Positions 48,033 through 58,800 of a DNA stretch of 64,000 nt are shown in pieces. Source of the stretch: Blepharisma stoltei ATCC 30299 (Eukaryota > Protista > Ciliophora). Positions within the stretch are counted from its first letter, which is position 1. Each line of letters begins with the position of its first letter. The position numbers and the translations under genes were made by a program. The notes below the pieces were generated by a model, which saw only the letters and a list, made by a program, of their open reading frames with translations, searched no databases and was not told where the DNA came from. The DNA is taken from the NCBI GenBank assembly GCA_965603825.1, contig CBFDEM010000041.1:615472-679471 (forward strand), read 5' to 3'.

Positions 48033-49703
48033 ATGGAGTCTGCGCTAAGATTGATCCAAGATATGTGGCAAGTCCCATATATCTGCCAATTCGTCAAAAT
48101 TTTCCACGGGTCTCTCAACATGGACTTAATAACCCCAGAAGAACTTGAACAAGCCCTTCTGTCACCCCATCAAAGTTCGCTGTGCGCTGAGCTCATCACA
48201 AAGCTGCTTTTAAAAAAAAGCACAACAAGGCGTGAACTCCCTCATGGCGAAGGCTATGCTTTTGATAAGTGGCATGATATGCTATGCAAACAAATAACTA
48301 TTTGGCACCGCATCTATCAGAAATGGGAAAAATTACAAAGTTTTGATAAATTTAATGCTACTAATAGACTTGCGGTCAAACTGTTTCAAGAATTAGGAGG
48401 AAATCCCTTCCTTCTCCCTAAATTGTCTTCTAAAAAAAATGAAGAGCCTCAGCAGCTGCTTCCTCCACCTACTTCTGCCACTACAAGAGTCAGGGAAACA
48501 AGGTCACAAACCAATTCATTGCCACGAGCCAGAAAGCCGAGATATGCGGACGAATTTTTTGAAAATTCTTCAGATTTTGAAGAGGAAGAAGAAAGATATA
48601 AGCACCTTGGAGAAATATCAGAGCAACAAAGGGTGGTGGTCATTTATTACCTGTGTGTGCTAAAACTTGATACTGAAGAAGAGCTTCTGCATGAATTAAA
48701 CTATGTCCCAATAGAACAGCAGAGAGTTCAGCCTATTGGAAAAGATAACTCAGGAGCTGCTTATTTTTATTTTAATAATACTGATTGCAGGATATACAAA
48801 CAGCAAAACGAAAAGTTTTCACTGATTGCGAAAACTATTGACCAGGTAAAAGAGCTGATTTTGAGGCTTCAAGCAAATGGAGCTTATGAGTTCAGTAGAT
48901 TGTTGACGTCAATGATGGACGATTTTACAAGAAATGAGCAAGAAAGGACAAGAAAAATGCTCGCAAATATTAAAAAAGTCCATTCAACACCTGGAAGGAA
49001 AAAATACACAGAAAATGAATACGATGATAGCGATTTTTCACCAGTTGAAGACGACATGCCGAGAAAACGAGGTCCCGGCAGACCCAGAAAAATTCCTCTC
49101 CCTGAGCGAAAGCCAAAAGTAATGCCAGAGACCTCAGGAAATGACTTAAAGCTAGAAGGGGTTATAAAATATGTATCAACAGCCAATGAGACCGTGCATA
49201 GTTTTTCAGGCTTTTGGCAGGTAAAAGACAAAACTCCACAAGAATTCAGATACTTAAAAACACAGCCAGGAGGCCCATCAGGTCTTTATTCAGGATATTG
49301 GAGGTTTTATGATAAAAACATTGAGGAAAACCTCGACCTAAAATTTGACAATAAATCTGTAAAAGGATGCGGAGAAAATGTCTTTGGGATGTTCCAAGTA
49401 TACGGAGAATGGAAAAAATCTGACGAAAAAGAAATTCTAGGCGAGACTACATTGGGGCAGCTCAAACTTGAAAGAAATTATCTGAAATTTGAACCTTCAG
49501 ATGAAAGCAGCTGCAGTGAGGCTGAGCTAGAAGTACTTGATGCCGTCAAGCCACCACACAGGCTGGAATTTGAAGAAAAAGTTCACTTAGAGCATATGAG
49601 GATGCCTCTTAAGTCTGTTCAAGAGCTGAAAAAGTCACTTAAAGCTCAAGAAAAGAGAGAGCTTCGGCGTGTTCCATTTTTTAAATCAGATTATCTTAGT
49701 TAA
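48033..49703 (+). CDS. DDT/WHIM-WSD chromatin protein with AT-hook (ISWI-partner-like)
   Basis: DDT-like WQVPYICQFVKIF..ELEQAL, WSD-like RVQPIGKDNSGAAYFYF, AT-hook KRGPGRPRK. Confidence 0.75.
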   Translation: MESALRLIQDMWQVPYICQFVKIFHGSLNMDLITPEELEQALLSPHQSSLCAELITKLLLKKSTTRRELPHGEGYAFDKWHDMLCKQITIWHRIYQKWEKLQSFDKFNATNRLAVKLFQELGGNPFLLPKLSSKKNEEPQQLLPPPTSATTRVRETRSQTNSLPRARKPRYADEFFENSSDFEEEEERYKHLGEISEQQRVVVIYYLCVLKLDTEEELLHELNYVPIEQQRVQPIGKDNSGAAYFYFNNTDCRIYKQQNEKFSLIAKTIDQVKELILRLQANGAYEFSRLLTSMMDDFTRNEQERTRKMLANIKKVHSTPGRKKYTENEYDDSDFSPVEDDMPRKRGPGRPRKIPLPERKPKVMPETSGNDLKLEGVIKYVSTANETVHSFSGFWQVKDKTPQEFRYLKTQPGGPSGLYSGYWRFYDKNIEENLDLKFDNKSVKGCGENVFGMFQVYGEWKKSDEKEILGETTLGQLKLERNYLKFEPSDESSCSEAELEVLDAVKPPHRLEFEEKVHLEHMRMPLKSVQELKKSLKAQEKRELRRVPFFKSDYLS

Positions 49704-49744
49704 ATCACTTTTGGTTGATTATTTATTAATATTCTTTACTATAA

Positions 49745-50629
49745 ATGAGAGAAGTCATCTTAGGGGTTTGGCTTCTCTTATCCGAAGAATTCAAGCTGCC
49801 AAATGAAGAAATTTCTGATGAATTCAATAAAGAGTGTGAATTTGAGACCTTGAAGGGCTTGATGGCTATTTCTATTGTATTATTAGTGAGAGCAGCAATT
49901 CCAAAAACAATTTTCACAAAATATAGGGAATATCTAGGACTTATCCAAGTATTAAGACATATTATCCCAGCATCATTTGTGTTCGTTTATGTTAACATAT
50001 TTTCTCTCCTAGGAAAGCGGGCTTTGCCTTACAAAGATGAGATATTATCTATAAATCCGTATTTAAAATATTTCTTTCCAAAACCAATTGATAAAAAAAC
50101 AGAAGAAAAAACAATTGATGAAAAAACAGAAGAAAACACAATTGAAAATCAATTAAATAATTCAATCCAAGCTCAAGTAGCCACAAAAGAAATATTAGAG
50201 GAAAAAGAGATCATAAATAACTCTTTATGAGACATGAGATTTGGAGATGCTGAGTATAGGGAAAAGCTTGCTTATAAATATTTTGTTTATAATTTAAATA
50301 AGTGAATTGACAAAGATAAAGAAGAAAATAAACCTTACAGTGATGAGCTTTGGGGGAATTTTATTTTTGTGACAGCTTTAATGCACATTTGCTCACTTTC
50401 ACTGGTGTATAAGGGTAATTTCTGGAGTAATAAACCTTTTGAAGCACAGGCATTTTGAATTTTTCAGTTTCCCATATTAAATGTAATTGCACTTGCTGGG
50501 GTGGCATATTTTAATTCTGGGTATAGGCATTATCTTGAGTTGATGGGAATTAAATATGAATCTCAAATATTAAAATTCGAGCCTGGATTGAAGAAGAGAT
50601 TTATGATAAATTCCACAAAAGATAATTAA
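49745..50629 (+). CDS. Hypothetical multi-pass membrane protein (TGA=Trp)
   Basis: Frame continues through TGA (first at 50228) to TAA at 50627-50629; about 4 hydrophobic segments. Confidence 0.7.
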
Positions 50630-50867
50630 ATTAAGATCTATGTCTAACCCCTTACGTAAGCGAATTTTTTTTTTCCTATAAGGTTGTTATCAAATCATTA
50701 GAATTTTATTTTAGCAATAACTTTTTTATGATAATTCATGCACTCTATATCTATTTTTGAAAATATAACTTAAATTAATTATGAATTTTGCAAAAGTTGA
50801 TAAAAAACTTCATAATCAACCATTTTAACAATAAAAGCAAAAATTAATGCCTAAATAATCATAAGAA

Positions 50868-51911
50868 ATGGAGTCAGAGGCGATGGAATACAGATACCTC
50901 GGGAATTCTGGCCTGAAAATCTCAGTTCTAGGATTTGGCAACATGACAAGTGGCTGGTCAGAAGGAACTGAGCAATGGAGCTTTGACTGTGTTGATAAAT
51001 GCATCAGGGGTGGTGTCAATTTCTTCGACACTGCAGAATTCTATGGGATGGGAGTCGCTGAGACCATTCTTGGAAATAACATTAAACAAGGAGGCTGGGA
51101 TAGAGACGATCTTGTGATCACCACTAAGTTCATTCCGACAAAAGCAGTAGGAATTCAAGGATTGAGCAGAAAAAGACTACGTCAAGCCATAAATCATTCG
51201 CTTAAGAGACTTCAGCTAGATTATGTTGATGTCCTTTATCTCCATAGATTTGATTGTGAAGTCCCTCTTGAAGAATCAATTAGAATTGTCAATGAATTAA
51301 TTGATGATGATAAAGCTTTTTATTGGGGTACTTCAGAATTCAACGCTCAGCAGCTAGCTGAATGTCACGCAATCTGTGAGAAACATGGCTGGATTCATCC
51401 TATTGCAGAACAAGTCCAATACCATATGTTTGAAAGAGCAGAGGTAGAAAGAGATTATGTTCCAATTTATAAAGAATACGGAATGGGGACAACTGTATGG
51501 GGTCCTTTGGCAGGAGGACTTCTATCAGGAAAATATAATGATGGCAATATCCAGCCTGGCAGATTTGAAAGTGGACCATTTTCTCAAGTTTATAGACAAA
51601 GGTTTGAAACTTACGTTGGGAGCAGAAAAGAAGCTGCTGTCAAAACATTGCAAGGCTTAAAAAGTTTGGCTGACGAATTAGGGTGCTCACAAGCTCAGCT
51701 TGCCTTAGCCTGGGTTATTAAAAACCCTGATGTAACGACCGCAATCCTTGGTGCGTCTTCTCCAGCACAATTAGATGGAAGCCTAGCTGCCGTTGAAGTC
51801 ATGAAAAAACTGACCCCAGAAGTATTAGCCAGAATAGAGGATTTGCTAGGAAATCGTCCAGCTCCTTCTATGAATTGGAGAAATTTTACTCCAAATCCTC
51901 CTAGGCGTTAA
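50868..51911 (+). CDS. Aldo-keto reductase, Kv channel beta-subunit family, copy 1
   Basis: MEYRYLGNSGLKIS, NFFDTAEFYG, TTK, SLKRLQLDYVD, FYWGTSE, AQLALAW. Confidence 0.93.
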   Translation: MESEAMEYRYLGNSGLKISVLGFGNMTSGWSEGTEQWSFDCVDKCIRGGVNFFDTAEFYGMGVAETILGNNIKQGGWDRDDLVITTKFIPTKAVGIQGLSRKRLRQAINHSLKRLQLDYVDVLYLHRFDCEVPLEESIRIVNELIDDDKAFYWGTSEFNAQQLAECHAICEKHGWIHPIAEQVQYHMFERAEVERDYVPIYKEYGMGTTVWGPLAGGLLSGKYNDGNIQPGRFESGPFSQVYRQRFETYVGSRKEAAVKTLQGLKSLADELGCSQAQLALAWVIKNPDVTTAILGASSPAQLDGSLAAVEVMKKLTPEVLARIEDLLGNRPAPSMNWRNFTPNPPRR

Positions 51912-51960
51912 ATAAAACTTAATAATCTTTTCAGAAACCAACAAAATTATCAATAAAAAT

Positions 51961-53001
51961 ATGGAGAGCGACTCAATGGAATATAGATACCTTGGCAGAT
52001 CAGGGCTCAAGGTCTCAGTTTTCAGCTTTGGGAATATGACAAGTGGCTGGTCTGATGAGGCTGAAAGATGGAACTTTGAGTGTATTGATAAATGCATCAG
52101 GTCAGGGGTAAACTTTTTCGATACCGCTGAATATTACGGCCTTGGGGTTGCTGAAACTATTCTAGGCAAAAACTTCAAGCAGGGAGGATGGGATAGAGAT
52201 GATATTATTGTGTCGACTAAGCTAAATCCTTATGGATTTGGCGTACAAGGGCTGTCAAGAAAAAGGGTAAGGCAAGCGATTAACAATTCCTTATCACGTC
52301 TCCAGCTTGATTATGTTGATGTATTATTTATGCACCGTTTTGACCCAGAAACTCCATTAAAAGAAACAATAAGAATTTTTAACGAAATTATTGACAATGA
52401 TAAAGCATTTTATTGGGGAACTTCTGTATTCACCCCTCAGCAAATCTCAGAGTGCTATACAATTTGTGAAAAGCATGGCTGGATTCCACCAATAGTAGAA
52501 CAATGTGAGTATAATATGTTTGAAAGAGAAAATATTGAAAGAAGCTTAGTCCCAATATTTAACCAGTATGGACTAGGAGCCACTGTATGGTCTCCTTTAG
52601 CAGGTGGATTATTATCTGGAAAGTATAATGACGGAAATTTGCATCCAGGAAGATATGATACTGATTTATTTGGCGGAAGACTTAGAGAAAAATTTGAAAA
52701 AGTTATTGGGGGAAGAAAAGAAGCAGCTATCAGAACTTTCCAAGGGCTAAAAGCAATTGCTGATGAAATTGGCTGCACCCAAGCACAACTAGCATTGGCT
52801 TGGGTAATTAAAAATCCAGATGTGAGCACTGCCATAGTTGGAGCAAGCTCTATTAAGCAGCTTGAAGACAGTTTGGGATGTATTGAAGTTTCGAAAAAAT
52901 TAAGTCCAGAAATTTTAGCAAGAATAGAAGATGCCTTAGGAAATAGACCAGCTCCTTCTATGAATTGGAGAAACTTCACGCCAAATTCCCCAAGAAGATA
53001 A
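51961..53001 (+). CDS. Aldo-keto reductase, Kv channel beta-subunit family, copy 2 (tandem paralog)
   Basis: Same motifs as copy 1; 49 bp downstream of it. Confidence 0.93.
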   Translation: MESDSMEYRYLGRSGLKVSVFSFGNMTSGWSDEAERWNFECIDKCIRSGVNFFDTAEYYGLGVAETILGKNFKQGGWDRDDIIVSTKLNPYGFGVQGLSRKRVRQAINNSLSRLQLDYVDVLFMHRFDPETPLKETIRIFNEIIDNDKAFYWGTSVFTPQQISECYTICEKHGWIPPIVEQCEYNMFERENIERSLVPIFNQYGLGATVWSPLAGGLLSGKYNDGNLHPGRYDTDLFGGRLREKFEKVIGGRKEAAIRTFQGLKAIADEIGCTQAQLALAWVIKNPDVSTAIVGASSIKQLEDSLGCIEVSKKLSPEILARIEDALGNRPAPSMNWRNFTPNSPRR

Positions 53002-53029
53002 TTAAATATTCTTAATCTGATTAATCTTT

Positions 53030-53057
53030 TGAATATTTTGAATATTTTGAATATTTT
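53030..53057. repeat. Short tandem repeat (TGAATATTT)x3
   Basis: Directly visible 3' of AKR copy 2. Confidence 0.7.
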
Positions 53058-53458
53058 TAAAGTGCACTCTTTGAAAATGAAAGGATTAACCTAATTTTAT
53101 CTTAAATTTATCAGGAATAAGTTTTTAAGATTTTATTAAATAATTCAACAGATCGACCTAAACTTTTAAAAACAGTTTTCAAAATGACAAACACATTTTT
53201 AATATTAAATAGCCATTTAATCCACAAATAATCAAGCTGACATGCATTCACACTATAATTTAAATCCTATTATGAAGTAACCATTTTCACCCTCATTTAT
53301 TTCTTATTTATCCACATTATCTCATTTCTCGTCCTCCTCTATAGTGTCTTTTGCCTCGACTTTTTATTTATCTAACTATCTTCTCCTCAAAAATTTAAAA
53401 TTTTTCCCCAAAATCTTCGCCAATATATTAGTGCTGTAAGTTTTAATAATATACACAA

Positions 53459-55543
53459 ATGGACATCCCTAAGATTTTGGAGCACATTAATGACCTTCAC
53501 CAAAACGCTTCTGAGAGAAATGAGTTTATTCACTTCACCGAAGATTTGCGAACTTTACTATCAGAATCTTCCAAAAAATCCTTATTGACCTGCTCAACAC
53601 CTGAGATTACCACCAATAGCATGATTGCTAAGCTCAATAACCTTCTCCCCAAAACAGCTCAGCATCAAGAGATCAGCCTCTTCAATTTATTAGCAAAACA
53701 CGCAAATTCTGCTAAACTCAGCTTAAATATCCCGACAACCCTAATCAGGATAGAGCACCTGCCCGAACTATATATGATACAAACCAAAAGGGAAAAAATT
53801 GTTTTGGCAAAGGAATGCACACTTGCGGAATTTTTAAGCATGACTACAGCTAAAAATGACTCGAATTTCCCAACTTTTTGTTATAAAATCCCTGGGAAAG
53901 AAGTTGTGGCTACTTTTTCAGCAGAATCTGCTGAAAGATTGTGAAATTCTTCTGAAGATCATGCAATATTGCAGTATTTCATACAGAGCAAGACGAATCC
54001 AGCCACAATTACAAGGGTTTTGTGGAGGCGAGGGATGAAAAATAAGTATTTTACTATAACAAACCGCAAAAAAGTTTCAAGGAAACTCAAGAAAAGTGTT
54101 ACCATTGCTGCTGGGCTCGCTTTTAGAAGAAATAAGCTTATGAATAACCTTGAAGATTATAAAAACGCTGGAATGATGAACTCAGTGTCTCAGTCCGCTG
54201 GCTGTCCTTTTAGACCAGGCCCGAAAACGCCTTTAAGCCGAAAATTTTTGACCATGACCGAAAAATCCCATAGTGGCCGAGACGAGTCAAATTTTGTGAG
54301 GTCTTTTTCTACTGCTGTATCAAAATATATAAAAGACTATGACGGGTATGATCCAACTGCCTCTACTGATACTTCAAGCCAAGAAGACCACAATAAAGAA
54401 TTTATAGTTTTCACTAAAGATGTAGATAGCTGCTATGCCATTGAAAACTATTCGAGAATTGCTGAAATCGAGCTTATGGTGGACCAAATAGTGGAGTTTT
54501 TAAATTTAGAAGTGCTTAAACACCATGGACTAAAAGGAGTCGTCCTTGATTTTGTGAAGGACAAACACAATAATTGATTTTTATTAGACTGCAAAGAACA
54601 TTTTGTTGACTATATGATTCCCATCGATTTTGAGAAATCAAAAAGAAAAACAGTCATCGAAAAATGCAGAACTCCTGAGCAGCTTGAAAGATCTGCCTCA
54701 TGTGTACACAGTAGCGAATCAGAACTAAGGCGGCAAGACTCTCTTCTCAATGAAGGCTACCTCCACGAAATAAAAGAAGAAGACACCCAATTATCCTGCC
54801 CCTTCAAAATCCGGACAAAACCGAAAAAAATAGAGCACGATCCTGTATCCGAAAAAGACTTAATGGAAAGACTTAACAAAGTCAACGCAAAAATTGATAG
54901 ACTTAACGCCCAAAAATCACCTGCAAGACTAAGCCCTATAAATAGAGAAGAAAGCATCCAGGATTATTTAAACAGCTATAACTATTTAAAATGCCCAATG
55001 AGGGAGCCTACAAGTGCAAGCCCTATTTCGCCAAGACTTGTCCAGTCAAAATCCACGACCCATTTAGACCGCCTTATACATGATGATAAGAGGCTGCTTT
55101 ATTCCAGAAAAGTTTTTAAAGACGTAGTCGATAATTTTGATGAAATGGCTCTGAATGTAAAAATTGCGAAAATTAAAGAGCAAAATATTATTGATAAATA
55201 TGGAGGGATTGATTTTTGGAACAAGTTTATTGTGTCGTTGTATAATAAGGTGCTAGCGAGCGATATATTAAATAAACACTTCAAAAATTCAAAGCTAGAA
55301 AGCTTTGAAATGATTGTGGCGGGGATGTTCAAGATATTGAATGCTAAGGTGAATTTAGATTTCAGAAGAAAAATTAGGGCAGCACACATGACAAAAGGAA
55401 TATTGGAGAAAGAATTTTATTGCTATTGCGATCTTTTTGATAGCACATTATGCGAATTTAATCTTGAAGAAGACGATAGACAAGGAATAAGCTCACAAAT
55501 TAGAAATATGAAGAATATTATATGTAGGCAAGTGCAGCAGTAA
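53459..55543 (+). CDS. Multidomain protein with C-terminal group I truncated-haemoglobin-like domain (about 694 aa)
   Basis: Three ORFs in one frame joined by TGA at 53942 and 54575. C-terminus NIIDKYGG..LYNKVLA..KHF..IRAAH..GI..EF matches the 2/2 globin pattern. Confidence 0.75.
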
Positions 55544-55856
55544 ATAATTCAGCTAGAAATTAATATAATAATATTTAGCTGCAGTTAAGTCATAGAAATT
55601 TTTAATCAGAAATACCTAATATTCTATCATTCTTAAAAATAAGCTGTTAATTTAAAATTATTTAATAAATAATTACTTAAGCATAAATAAAGCTGCTTTA
55701 ATATAATTTAAAACAAATTTACTTATATTTATTTTGTTTTGCAAATATTCTCCAATAATTTTAAAATATTTTCTTTGCTGCCTCAATATTAAAGTTTCGC
55801 GCAAAGCAGGCCAATAGTTATTAGCCATATTTATTCCCGAAAATTTGGCTATAAAT

Positions 55857-58800
55857 ATGTCAAAAAAGCCAAAGCTAAGTTCTCCTCTAATCGAATTTAT
55901 TCTAAATACTGAAAGCGGAATCATTAAAAATACCGAAATCCTCAAAACGCAGCTTAATTTACACTCATTAACCTACCGAGTAAACTCTGAATGCACAAGC
56001 TATGACTATTCCAAATTATTTTTCAAATGGGCATTCGAATATTATGAGAATTTCGATTTAATGCTCCAAGGTAACAAGCAGTATGACCAGCCAAATCCTG
56101 ATGATCTCTATTTACTGTCAGACGAATCTTTAATGTTAAAATCAATTAACCTGAACTCCCAAAAAGATGACCAATTATGAGAACCTGTAATTTTACCAAA
56201 TTTTACGTTATCTGCAATGAAGGAGTCAGAAATTTCAAGAAAAAATATTATAAAGACTATTATTGAGCTAAAAGGAGGATATTTCAATGATAGCAAAATA
56301 ATGGACCAAATTGCATGTGAGTTTGCCAGCTTTCGGGCTATAAAAGTAAAACTGTTGTCAAATCCTGATAAATGAGTTGTTTTTAGCATAGAAATAAACC
56401 GTTTTCCTGTCCTTGTAGATGGCATACTTGATGAATTTATTTGTATCCAGCTTATAAAACTTATTGATTTAGCTGATACATATAGTAAATGCATAAAAAT
56501 CGCGAGTGCGTATCTTCAAGAAATAAAAGGCGTCCCAGAATTGTGAGTTCCGAAATGAATGAAATTTTTTAATAGTTTTTCTTATGTCAAACAATACAAA
56601 ACTATACCAGCTACCTTTAGGGCAGTAAAGCTTTATCCTGCTGAGAGGGCGCGGTATAGGTATATTTCTGAAATAAAAAGATGGAGAAAAGGCCAAAAAC
56701 AAAAAGTCTGGTCAATTGCAGGGAAAAGCTCAAATAGTATTTCTCAAGAAAATAGTCAAATTATAAGCCAGCTGGCCAGTCAAGAAAGCTGTTCACAGTT
56801 TATCAAAATGATGGAAAAATTAACAAGTTTTAAATTCAGGCTAAGTGACGAAGAAAAAGCAATCATAAGTGAGTCTTCAAACCAGTTGGCAATCGGCCGC
56901 TCTGGCACTGGGAAAACGACTTCTTTAATTCTCAGGATGTTTGCTGCAGAAATGGTTTTTAAAAAAAAATCAAAAATTAATCTGCATAACTCTGGGATGT
57001 TAGAAACTAGCAATTTGACGACAGATGACGTCAGGAAAAAGGTAAATCTGCATCAAGTTTTTATTACTGTAAGCCCAGTCTTAGTATTTGAGGTGAAAAG
57101 ACTATATGATAATTTGTATAGGCAGCTTGAAGCTGCAATAAGAAGAGAAGAATTTAACGAAGCTGCAGGGGAGCTTAATGACCATTTTTTTAACCCAAAT
57201 GAAGACTCAGATATAAATCTCCCTAACTCTTTGCTTAATTTTGAAGATGAGCATTTTCCTGTATTTATTCCAATTTTTAATTTTTTGACCAGAGTAGATG
57301 CAACCCTTGAAGTCCCATTTTTTGCTGTAGGAGAAGAAAATAAGGAAGAAAATATAGCTTACCACCTTATGAAAAGAAATATGAAGGTAAGAAACTTATA
57401 TACACCTAATGGTTTTGTAAAATTCTCTACATTTGAAATAGATTATGATTATTTTTCTTACCATTTCTGGCCAAGACTGAGAAGCTTGATAGGGATTTCT
57501 CCTATCACAATATGAGCAGAAATAAGCTCAGTAATCAAAGGAAGCCCAGAAGCATATAAAGACAGAGATGGGCACATCCAAAAGGAAACTTATATAAATT
57601 TAGGGAAAAAACAGTCACAAATAGATACTGAAAAAAGATATTTTTGTGCAGTATGAAGAATGGAAAAAAAAGCAAAATGCCTATGATTTTCCAGATTTGG
57701 TGAATTATGTGCTAAAAACTATTGATAATGAAGGCTATAGAGGCTCTCCAATTCATTTTACTTTTATTGATGAAGTTCAAGACTGCAGCAACAATTTTTT
57801 ACTATTAATTTTAAAATTGACAGAGCAGAAATTATTATTTGTAGGTGATACAGCTCAGTCTATAACCAGAGGTGCAGGATTTCGTTTTTGCGATTTAAAT
57901 TCTTTATTTTTAGAGGCTTCAGTTATGAATCATTCGCAGCCAGTTATAAAGCATCTTTCGGTGAATTTTAGAAGCCATACAGAAATATTGGAGGTCGCTC
58001 ATGTAGTTGTACAATTAATTGTGACTTTTTTCCCGGATTATATAGATAGGCTTGATAAGGAGACGTCTACAATTCATGGGGCCAAGCCGATTATTGTGAA
58101 TTCTAGCTCGATAAATACGCTTAAATTGTGTATCCAAAGAGTTTCTAGAAGGAGCACTGATATTGAATTTGGATGAAATCAAGTTGTGCTTGTAGGGAAT
58201 GATAAAGCAAGAAAAAGCCTTCCTAGAATGCTGCAGGAAGCTATTTGTTTAACTATATTAGAATCTAAAGGACTGGAATTTGACGATGTAATTTTATATA
58301 ATTTTTTTAATGACAGCCAAGCCCAAGAAAATGAATGGGCAAGACTTTCAAAATTTATTGATAGCGATATAAACGAAATCAAAAAAGCTCGAGAAGGCAT
58401 GAAAAGTAGCTTATTATGCTCTGAATTAAAACATTTATATGTAGGAATTACAAGAGCGAGAAAAAATTTAATTATTTTTGATAATGATGATACCTGCAGA
58501 AAATCTCTGCAAAAATGCTGAATGGCTAATCAATTAATAGAGCTGTTTGAATTTAGTTTAGAAATTCAAAACCAAGTCATTGAGCCTCAAGATGAAAACT
58601 CAGACTGAAATAATCTAGAAACATGGAGAAGACTCGGATACCAATTATTTAACAGAAAAAATTATGGGCAAGCAAAGTTTTGTTGGCATAAAGCAGGAGA
58701 TGAAATTTTAATTAACAAAATAGATGCCACAATTTCTGCTGAAGAAGGGAAAAAATTATGCTCTGAAATAGCTGCAATTAAAGAAAGGGCAAAAGAAGCT

